64,000 nt of DNA from Octopus bimaculoides (taxonomy: Eukaryota): contig NC_068982.1 of assembly GCF_001194135.2 (NCBI RefSeq), positions 26,559,646-26,623,645 on the forward strand, read 5' to 3'. Positions 54,248 through 64,000 of this stretch are shown here, in pieces. Within the stretch, counting starts at the first letter, position 1; each line of letters opens with the position of its first letter. Made by a program: the position numbers and the translations under genes. The notes below the pieces were generated by a model that had not been told where the DNA came from, did no database searches, and worked only from the letters and a program-made list of their open reading frames with translations.

Positions 54248-55827
54248 TACATGCTATACATATCGTTAATTTTATTTAATTTTAAGTGCGTACTTGCGAA
54301 TATTAATTTATTTTTATAATTGTCAGCTTTCGCACAAGTCAGTGAATTTATGTTTATCAGTTATTTTTGGTTTACCTCAGAGTGTCCGAGGAGATTGTCA
54401 CTGAAAAGATGAAACGAGGTCGAAACACTGTCTGATGAAGAGCCGACGACCTTCTAGACGAGCACTGTGTTTTTAGCACACACATCTCTATTTGAGAAGT
54501 TTATATATACATTATAATTGTCATACCCATCATAAATTACATTGAACTAAATTTTATCGAGAAAACGCACCCATATAGAATGAACGTAAACAATAATATA
54601 GTTTTAAAATTCGTAAAGTTAATAGATAACTGTTTCCTACATTCACATAAATACGATAGAATGCGGTTAAACTTAGCTATAGTTGCCTCTCCAATATAGG
54701 GTACATCATATTCGACTACAATAAAAATAACATTAGAAATACATCCCAAAACCATATAATTTCAGACCGATATGGTACTGACATTGAAAGATAGAGGTGT
54801 GGCAACCCCTAGATAACTTGCAGTATTATTGGTAAGGCCAACAAATACTGAGGACGGCGAGCAAACGCGAACTTTCTGTCATTCAAAAAATAAAGCATTT
54901 TTCAAAAGCGAATATTTTACACATTAGGGATGTAACCTTTTCCCCCTGAATAAGCAACATTTCACACCCCAAAATTTCAAGCAGGATCCTCTTTCCCACC
55001 TACTTGCCATCTCTCCAACATGAATAGTTATTTTTTTCTTTTATCAATTATAAGCCTTATATGAACTTTAAGCAAAACTGACACATGACCTCTTAAACTT
55101 ATGCTGAGCTCTTCCATGAAATAAATGTATGGCCACCACACATTATGGCCATGACATTACATGATATATACAAACTTATGAACCCACAACGCCAAGTGTT
55201 TACAACCCTATGAACCAAGTTCGATATCAGTTATGTGAAAGATGTGAAAGCCCATAATTGCGAATACACACCCAAACACGAACAAAATGCATAATCAGAT
55301 GCAAAGATGCGATGCGTATGTGTACATATATATGTGCATTTCGTGTATATATATGTGTGTGTGTGTACAAGTATGTAAAGACGTGTACATCCATGTATTT
55401 TTATGCGTATGTATGTATGTGTGTATGCATATATACACATGTGTGTGTGAATTTCCGTATGATACCACATGATTCATATAACGAATATATACACAAGCTT
55501 ATAAATATATACATGAACTTGTGCATAAATAGACACTACTATAATGCATATAATGCATCAAGTTTAATGCAAAAAAAATGTGAAAAATATATGGAAATAT
55601 ATTGTGAAAAACATGCAAAACTACGCAATCACTCGCAGATATATGCAAATACGAACTATTATGAGCATACACTAGAAATGCATGACGCAGGCATGGTAAT
55701 GTAAGCCATGGGATAAACTTTAGAACAAAATTTAATGTAAAGGAGATAATAATTCAAACGTCGTTCCCTCTGATAAGCGTACTTGTTTGCTTACTTCAGA
55801 ATATTGTTTGATCTCACGTAATTTTAC

Positions 55828-55933
55828 CTTGTTTTATCCAAGATGGAGAAGAACAACAACGTTCCATACGACAAGATTGATAATTGCAAAGAGTTATCTC
55901 TCTTACGATGAAACCAATGGTATCCTGGGTAGC
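55828..55933 (-). CDS. Candidate internal coding exon (exon 3, 106 nt)
   Basis: Acceptor TTCTTTATTTTTAGGTTAG|G and donor AAG|GTAAAA. Reads ATQDTIGFIVREITLCNYQSCRMERCCSSPSWIKQ plus G; phase 0 in and phase 1 out, matching exons 2 and 4. It requires the second of two AGs 5 nt apart. Confidence 0.55.
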
Positions 55934-55990
55934 CTAACCTAAAAATAAAGAATATTTATCCACCAACGCGTTGTTGAGTACTCACTCTCA

Positions 55991-56070
55991 GTGTTCGACA
56001 CAGACAGACAGACAGACAGACAGACTGACGGACGGACGGACGGACGGACGGACGGACGGACGGACGGATA
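55991..56070. repeat. (GACA)n(GACG)n microsatellite
   Basis: Read directly. Confidence 0.95.
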
Positions 56071-57649
56071 GAAATGTATGTGTATGTCTGTATGTTTCTA
56101 TGTGGGTGTGTATTTTGTGGATGGGTATATTATTTATAAATAATAATGATTATTAAATAACTGGTATTAGTGGAATCTCCCGTGTGTACAAATACTTTAG
56201 TATGATAAGTTTTCCATAACTTTAGGATATTTTTCTGATCACTATGATGAGATTTGAATCTATTATAAGATATTCTTGATATTTCAGTAGTAGCATTTTC
56301 CCGAAATGATGGATTCTAAAAGGTTTTACAAATATTTCCAAGATCATGTTCCATTAAGATTAAGATTTTTCACCAGCCTTACATCTAAAAAATCTTTAGA
56401 GTATTAAAACGTGTTTAAATATACATTTTTGAAGTGGTTATACATCCTAGCAAAGGTCTTCATTTTCTAGATCACTTTATCATTTCCAAAAAGAAATAAT
56501 AATACAAAATTAGATAACACAAAAGAGAATAGTTCAACTTAAATATAATGTTCTGTCACAAATATTTGGTGCGTTGTTTTAGATCATAAGTACATTCTTT
56601 TCAAATTACGTACATTCGTTGAACTTGTAGATAATAAGTTACTGAAAAGAAACTTTGTCTCCCATTTGTATACTGGAAGAATGTATCTTAAATTAATAAA
56701 CTATGAAGAACACAGAGACTCAAGATATGAACCAAAAATCTTCCCTTCGAGCATTTTTAGGTCTGATTTTGGTTAATAACCAGAAAACGTTTAGATATAA
56801 GGATGACAAATGTTATTACAATTTGGTAAGATAAAACAATAATTTCAGATATTATGATTGATCAACTATTTACACATGGTTCATTAAAATATGAATTTGG
56901 TACAGAAACTTGCATGTTCAGCCTGCAATCAAATGTTACTGGTTTCTGTAAACAGTGCAATCAGATGTTCCCAGGTAGACGATAGAAGTGGATACAAGCT
57001 TACATAATGCTGTTGTTATTGTTGCTTAGCCCCCATCCTAAAAAATAACAACAGCAAGCATATCTATCTATAATCGGAATTCTAATCATCATATCTTTTT
57101 CATTTTATGACTGTTTAGTGTTGAGGTAGATTTGGTTGCTATTTCTGGCAGGTCGAGCACCCATGTAAATATTTCCTTTTTGGCTTGTAATATTTCATAT
57201 TAATTAATTGTGTGGTTTCTAGTTACAGTAGTTAGTAAGTCGTTCACTACTCAATATACTCATCAGCAAATAGTTTAAATTTCACCTACACTGGACAGTT
57301 CATGCTGTCACGGGGTTCAAGTCAGACCGAGTCCCGCTGCGTTAGGGAGACAAACTGTGCGGAAACCCTATATATTTGCGTATGCATATGCTTGCATACA
57401 TGTATATAGGTGCTCATGTCAGTAAATATACATATATGGATGCATGTACTGTATGTGTACACATGTAAGTATGTGTGCATGGATGGATGTCATTGCTTGT
57501 GTAGATCTGTATGTTATGACTTTCATATGTATCCTCATACCGGTTTGGATGTCTACATGCGTTTATGCACTTCATATACACTAAATCTCTTCAATATTTT
57601 ACATACTTCCGCAGTACATTTAATACAGGTTTTAGCAGTCATTTTCGTA

Positions 57650-57900
57650 CGTTTGTCATTCAATCTGAAAATCAGGTCATTCAAAGTCGCGAGAAAAATT
57701 AGCGCCATAAAGTTAGTAATTTAAATTCGTTTTTCGATCATTCAATTTCGCACTTCGGTCAAAGAATTTAGCATTTACATCATTCAAATTAAAACGCCCG
57801 TCGAGAGCATTCAAATTAGTCGGAATGCGACAGGGCGTCTTAACGAGCATTCAAATTCGCACGTGAGCGTTTGTGTTCGGAATACGTTTATTCAATTTAA
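57650..57900. promoter_or_regulatory. CpG-enriched, promoter-like cluster of CATTCAA(ATT) motifs
   Basis: CATTCAA at 57657, 57678, 57739, 57781, 57808 and 57848, plus TATTCAA at 57889; three are perfect CATTCAAATT. CG dinucleotides are visibly denser than in the flanks. Confidence 0.45.
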
Positions 57901-58225
57901 CGATAATTTTACATGTATGTTTTTACTCACATTCTGCGAAGTAAATATCAAAGATGACAAATTTAAATGACCTGTTTTGTCATGTAAACTTTATTATGTT
58001 GTTACAGCTACAAGGAAGAAATAAATTGCGTGATTCCTCTGTCCACGAAAGTCTTTTTCACTGCAACATTGTGTTCTTTAATCTGTACTTACTTGGCAGT
58101 TTATTTGGAGGTGAGCGTTTTTGCTGATTGTTGAATTGTTTGGCTTTTGTTGAACTGTTTTTGACAGTATTGTTAATTGTTTCTAAAACAATTATTGTTT
58201 TCTCCTGCGCGGAGAAGCCTGCAAT

Positions 58226-59490
58226 ATGGCGAGCGGAGAAAAGCAGAGCGTTGAGGAGAGGAGGTGCTTGAGCGGGGAGGTGATCGAAAAGAATTGTGGA
58301 AAGAAACTTATATTAGATTCAGACGAGAAGAGAGAAGGACCAATACTGGCTACTACAAGGAAAACCATTAATGTACCAAGTTTAATGGCGAAAGAGAAAG
58401 AAGAGGAAAGGAAAGAAAGATGCTAAGAAAAAACTGGACTTTGCCGCTGTGGCAGGTGCTAAAGTTAGAAAGATTAATTTGGCCAATATGGAGGAACACA
58501 AACAAATGATGACAAGGGAGGGGCACGGAATTAAAGAGGACCCTCCAAAAAGTATTCTTGAAGATATAGAGAGAAAAAACCCCATAATATACAAGACCTA
58601 CAAGGTCAAAAATAAGAGAATTGATAATGTGTTAGAGGCAGAGATTGAGAAGTGTCTTAAGCTTATTTGGCATAAGCTAAAGTACCTAGCAAGAGGTAGA
58701 AGGTACGGTGGGGGTGAGGATGGAGTCGGAGGAAGAAGCTCGACTCCATTCAGTGGAACCCCTGAGAACGGAAGAGGTGGTAATTCTACCCATATATATG
58801 GGTAGAAGGACGTCGAAGATTACAATCAGCAATATTCCCCCATAGGTGGACCCAGAGTGGCTAGTTGCGGCAGTGACAATGGGATTGGAAGATAAAATAT
58901 CAGTCCTGGACGCTGCCGTGATAGAGTCAAGAAACTGGCATGGGCAGAGTATGCGTATTATAATTCAAGCCGAACAGACCACACTCGAGGAAATTATTGA
59001 GACCTTTGAAGTAGGTGAGACCCGTCTGGTGGTGACAGTAGAGGATCGCCAGCCTTGATGCTTCCAATGTGGCTAAAAAGGCCACCTCAGGATAGATCGT
59101 AAGCCCAAGGAGGCTGAAAAGTAGAAAGAAGAAACGGAGGTGGTAGAGATTGAACCAGCGACGCTGGAGCAGAAGAGGCCAATACAAATAGAAAAAACAC
59201 CAATGCCAGAAGAAAACGTAGGGGAGGGATGAGCTCTTGTGCAGAACAAGAGAAAAATGATGCCACCCTCCCCTAAAAAATAGAAAGAGAAAACAGAGGC
59301 GAGGCATATTAAGAAGCCGAGAAAACCTGAAAAGAAAAACGAAGACAGTTGCTACATGGTGGTTTGAATCTGGAATAGAGATATAGTGAACCGCCTAGCA
59401 ACTGTCTCTGCAGAAAAACTTGAAGAAGCAGAGTCAGAAGGAAAGAATTTAAATTTACAAAACAAATCAGAAAATTTATATTTTTGCTAA
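58226..59490 (+). pseudogene. LINE ORF1 (disrupted)
   Basis: MASGEKQ...; CFQCG*KGHLRIDR knuckle remnant at 59059-59100; Lys/Glu-rich tail; stops and frameshifts. Confidence 0.75.
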
Positions 59491-59615
59491 TGAATTTCGT
59501 AAAGATATTGGCCCTCCCAGGTTGGACTTTAACCCAAAAATGTACGGGCCCGGGAGAGAGAATAGGTGGGTTCCCCCCTCCCCCTCAAGATGCCGACTAA
59601 AAAAGGTAAGTCTTT

Positions 59616-62130
59616 ATGGCTGTTCGCGTAAGTTGTTTAAATGTGCGTGGCCTGACGTCGAGCTGGAAACAAGGACGTTTCCTAAATGACGTCAGGTCAC
59701 AATGTTTAGATGTTACTGTTGCTACTGAAACTTGGTTAAAAGTGCCAAGATATCTACTCCCGCTCCTGAAAGGCTACGAGGAATTCATTTCTCCAGGCCG
59801 GCCGGGGAATAGGGGTGGGGTGTTGGTCTTACTTAAAAGAAACTGAGTTTCAGAGAAAAAGTTTTTTCTGATCCAGAAGGTAGGCTGGTCGTCTTAGACC
59901 TGATGTTCAGTTGTGGTAAGGAAATTAGGCTGATCGCGGTTTATGCACCTAATTCGAGTCATACTGATTATTACAGAGAGTTGGAGAAGTTTCTAGGAAC
60001 ATCACGTTCCTTAGCTGTGTTAGGAGACTTTAAAACTATTCTCGATGCACGCGTGGATAGAGTTGGCTCAAACTCTGATAGGAGACCTAACATTGGCTTC
60101 CGGGATCTACTAAGTCGTTTTCAGCTAGTAGAACCCTACAGACTAGAATTTCCGGCCGCTCCATTGTGGACATGGTCAAATAGCGACGGGTCTTCTAGGT
60201 CTACATAGATAGGATTTTTATTAGAAAACTAGATAAAGATATGGTTACGTGTCCACAATATCACATGGTCAGTTACAGTGACCACAAGATGGTCACTTGT
60301 AAACTGTACCTAGATAAGTTATGTAGTAAGAGTTTCAGCTACTAGAAACTCAATAATTCCCCTTTGGCAATTGAGGAGTACAGGAGCCGGATTAAGCTAT
60401 TAATACAGAGGGAGTTGACAGGTTCTATTATTAACAACAAATGCTGGTACGCCCTCAAAAGAGCCATTAAATTCGAGTCTATTAGATATAGTATAGGTTT
60501 AGTGGCTAGAGGGCCTAAGAAGAAAACAGAATTAGTTAAGGTCCCAGGGGAATCCATGAGAACTGGCGACGCAACCCAGGTGAAGAGACTGGAGTTAAAC
60601 CAGCACCTCGAAGCCAAACACATAGGGTGTATTGTCAGAGCTAGACTTCATGCAATGGGGAGCGAGGGAATCGAGGCCACTGGATCGGCACGTGTTGTGG
60701 AAGCTCAACGTAGAAATGATTCCATAATTCCATCTTTGGTGAATTCGCAAGGTGAGTTGATAAACGAACCCGAGGAGATGTGTCGAACCTTCCAGGAGCA
60801 CTTCGCCCAGCTTTTCGTGGGGAGTGATGGACCGGTTAGTAGGACAGATTTTACAGACTTCCGCCGCCGGGCTGCCTCGCTTCTCGGAGCAGGATGCGGA
60901 GAGCTGTGAAGGGTCGATCACACCTGAGGAAGTGATTGGAGCCATAGCGGACTGCAGCGGTGGTAAGGCACCGGGACTCAACGGCCTACCGTACGTGCTA
61001 TATAAAAGTATGCCAGACATGCTCGGGTACGTACTAGCTAGCGTTTACACGAACTGACAATAGAATGGTTTGATTCCCAGAGCTGTGCGCCGGGGAGTAG
61101 TAATAATTCTGGCAAAGGTGGGGCACTGGCCCATTTAGACCAAGCTAAAGCGTTTGATAGGGTAGGCCATCGTTACCTGTTTTACGTGCTCGCACGGTCT
61201 GGAATAGGTCTTGGTTTCCTCAGGTGGATCATACAGTTGTACGACAACATCGACTCGATAGTCCGAGTGAATGGCTTTTTCTCGAAGCCGTTCTGCATCA
61301 AACGATCGGTTCGCCAAGGGTGTCCGCTCTCCCCGCTTTTGTACGTGATGGCCCTCGAGCCATTACTGAGAAAACTGAGTGGCATCCCGACGACTCCAGG
61401 AGGTGGAGGATCAGTTACAGCGTACGCGGATGACATCACTATCATCGTGACCAAGATGGAACACCTACAGAAAGTAGGCGAAACCATTAAGGTTTACGAG
61501 ACGGTGACAGGAGCAAAAATTAACCGGGAAAAGTCGGTCGGCTTGCAATTCGGCACGTGGAGGGGCAAGTCGATGCCTTCGAATTGCGTCGTGGGAAACT
61601 GGGCAGAGGGCCCGGTTAAGTTGCTAGGAATCTGGTTTGGTCCAGATCTCCAGATAGAAAAGAACTTGTCTGAGGTATTGGGCAAAGTAATCCACATAGT
61701 CAAGGCCTGATCTTGGTGGTGGCTATCCTGAGAGGGAGGGAGAAGGTGGCCAATGTGTTTATCGCATCGGTCATCGTTTACCGTTTAACCGTCGTTCCTT
61801 GTCCAAATTCATGGTTGAGCAAGTTGTAAGACGTTCTATTTGCTGTCAAAAGGCGTTAAAGGGTGGGTTATGGATGCCTTGGCTGTTGATGCGCAAGCAT
61901 GCGCTGAGGTTGAGACATCTTTAGCTCTACCTGGATGGTGAACGGGTGTGGTCTCCGCTCGCTAGACGGATGTTCCCCACATTTACTTGTTTTGGTAGTA
62001 GAGAAAACTGGTTTCGTCGAAGATCGAGGTTGGGTACCTGGTTTACGGAGTGCCGCAAGGCTCTTCTCCAGTTCCGCAACTCGGGCAACGCCAGCGGTTT
62101 CGGTACCACCGCGGCTTACTATATAGTTGG
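59616..62130 (+). pseudogene. LINE ORF2 (APE endonuclease plus reverse transcriptase, disrupted)
   Basis: CLNVRGL, ATETW, IAVYAPN, LGDF, WTWSN, SDH (endonuclease); KAPGLNGLPY, LDQAKAFDRV, RQGCPLSPLLY, YADD at 61423-61434, KLLGIWFG (RT). Confidence 0.92.
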
Positions 62131-63205
62131 TTGGTAAAGGCTGAAAATGATGATGTCTTCACAGATTTCTTTCATATGTGTGACTGTTCCCTCCTGCAAC
62201 TTTTTTTATTTGTATCGTCATTGTTATCCGTTCTGCGGATTGAATTGTACAAACTTTTAGCCAGACATCATGAGTCATAGGTAGACATAACTTGAAAATA
62301 TTTTTGAACAGCTTCTTGTGATGTGCTGACATCTTTAGAGTTGGTTGTGCAGAGTTTGTATCGGTATGTACCTGTGTACCTTTTATTTGAATTCTTCGTA
62401 TATAAAAGAGGTTGATTTTTTAAGAAAACTCTTTCACTAGGATTTGGAAAATAAAAACGATGTTATATGTTGAACTTCTGAAAAGATGTGCATACTTTTA
62501 TTGTTTAATTTACAGGTTGTATCTGTAAAGTGCGTGAAAATCTGTTTCTTTATGCAAAAACCTAGCTTTTCCATATTATCACTAAGATATTTACTAAAAT
62601 AACTAAGTGCACCAATGATTATTGATATAAATTTGAACTGTAATCAGGGCATTAGAATTGTATCCATGTATACAGGTAGACATGCATGTATGCATGCAAA
62701 TATGTATGTGCGTAGGAATGTGTTTTCCCATTCTCTCTGTCGTAAGTATATTTATTTCCTAAAATAAGTGTGGTTGAAAACATACAACCAAATACACTGT
62801 TATTCACAAAACTTTTAAAAAGCAATAAAATGAATAATTGACAGTTAGTTACGTAACCTCAATAAGCCAAATATTAAGGAATAATCTATTTAGAGTTAAC
62901 TTTTATTATACTTTTTAAAAATACATATTATTTATATGATTTCTCTCACTATTCTTCATGATCGTTTGTATACACGATATACTTTAATATATTTATTGAT
63001 AATAATATTAATGCAAACTAAATATTTACTGTTACTGTCTCATAAATTCAATTGTTCCAGATTTAGTATCATATTATTTATTCGCTAAATTACGTAATAC
63101 GGCCAATTGTATTTCAGAATTAGTTGTTTAGCATCCAACATTCTCTTATTCAATAGACTCACCAATGCTCATTGACATTCATTAGCTTAACTCTAAGATT
63201 TCATG

Positions 63206-63253
63206 TTCAGAAGGTTTTGAATTCGTTCAGAATATTTTGAATTCATTCAGAAG
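63206..63253. repeat. 20-bp tandem repeat, about 2.4 copies
   Basis: TTCAGAAGGTTTTGAATTCG, TTCAGAATATTTTGAATTCA, TTCAGAAG. Confidence 0.8.
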
Positions 63254-63262
63254 AAAACTTAC

Positions 63263-63289
63263 CCATAAACTAAACACAATGATATATGT
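63263..63289 (-). CDS. Candidate 27-nt microexon (exon 2)
   Basis: Strong acceptor TTCTTTCCTTTTATTTTACCACTCCACAG and consensus donor TGG|GTAAGT; encodes TYIIVFSLW in phase 0-0. Confidence 0.5.
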
Positions 63290-63413
63290 CTGTGGAGTGG
63301 TAAAATAAAAGGAAAGAATTTATAAATTAGAGAGTAAAAATAAAATAAATTGAATATAATTTTTGAAAATAGGAGAAAATAAAATTCCGGCATCTAATCT
63401 ACGAACTCATTAC

Positions 63414-63479
63414 CCATTTTAAAGGAAATAACCTAGTTAAACGTCCTATGATCTTTGACACTAACTCTAGCATTGCCAT
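63414..63479 (-). CDS. Candidate first coding exon (exon 1)
   Basis: ATG at 63479 with an in-frame TAA upstream at 63495-63497; MAMLELVSKIIGRLTRLFPLKW; donor TGG|GTAATG; 124-nt intron to exon 2. Confidence 0.4.
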
Positions 63480-64000
63480 AACTGCTAGACTAATTTAGAA
63501 ATACTCTTCAACAGTTTTTCATTCCTCTGAAACCTTGACATTTGGTTACCATCGGTTTCCAAAACAATTGCTTATGTATCATGGTCGACCTCTGATTTCT
63601 ATTCTAAGATATTCAAGAATAGAAAAAAATATTTTGAAAATAAATCTATCTCGGCTGATTCATACCCATTAATATAGTTTTTTTTTTTTTTTGTAGTTTG
63701 GGGCGGTGATTATGGTGGTGTAATAGTAGTAGCAAGGGAGAAGTTAGGATTGTTGATTGCGGGAGGACTTAAAGGTTATAATGATATTATTAGTAGTAAT
63801 TTATGATGATTAAGTTCTTGTTATTGTTTTTGTTGTAGCAGTGTTAAGATAACGCATAAGAGCGAAGCTAAATTCAGGCGCTTCTTAATTTAGAAAAACG
63901 TTGTTGATTTTTTTTTTTATCTTTTTTTATAAATTCAGTTGTTCTTGAGAAGGATTGGTTCTTTATAGGTTAAGTTTGCATGGGTTGCAAGTTGATATTA

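Larger units (their letters stand above)
58100..62130 (+). mobile_element. L1/Tx1-clade LINE: 5' UTR, ORF1 and most of ORF2, 3'-truncated
   Basis: ORF1 with a zinc knuckle and ORF2 with APE endonuclease and RT (see next two features). No 3' UTR or tail after about 62130; the 5' boundary is approximate. Confidence 0.9.

Noticed and set aside
54410-54460. GAAAC...CTGATGA hammerhead-like words
   Set aside because: There is no stem I between the cleavage triplet and CTGATGA; the region looks like a decayed minus-strand SINE.
58085-58099. GTACTTACTTGGCAG resembling the U1 snRNA 5' end at the LINE 5' boundary (possible snRNA-targeted Tx1)
   Set aside because: ACTTAC is simply the complement of a splice-donor consensus, and no continuation of U1 appears after the element's 3' end or elsewhere in the window.

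Overview
AT-rich, repeat-saturated animal genomic DNA from a draft assembly with 14 N-gaps, most flanked by microsatellites. The tRNA-head SINE families and repeat landscape look like an octopus or other coleoid cephalopod genome; this is inferred from recalled repeat motifs, not a database search. Most recognisable sequence is decayed mobile DNA: mariner and Tc1 transposons and their deletion derivatives, a hAT MITE, two foldback elements, a Merlin relic, a Helitron-type end, several Penelope-like elements with hammerhead-like motifs, an RLE-type non-LTR element, a CR1/L2-group RT fragment, and a long L1/Tx1-clade LINE. The most interesting non-TE signal is a hand-built, phase-consistent four-exon gene model on the minus strand (63479 to 50431). 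It encodes a 92-aa peptide with a signal-peptide-like N-terminus and a 7-cysteine C-terminal half that I cannot assign to a known family. The L1/Tx1 element and a CpG-rich CATTCAA motif cluster lie antisense inside its second intron. Nearly all long ORFs in the supplied track are artefacts of N-runs or microsatellites. All protein similarities come from manual translation and recalled motifs.
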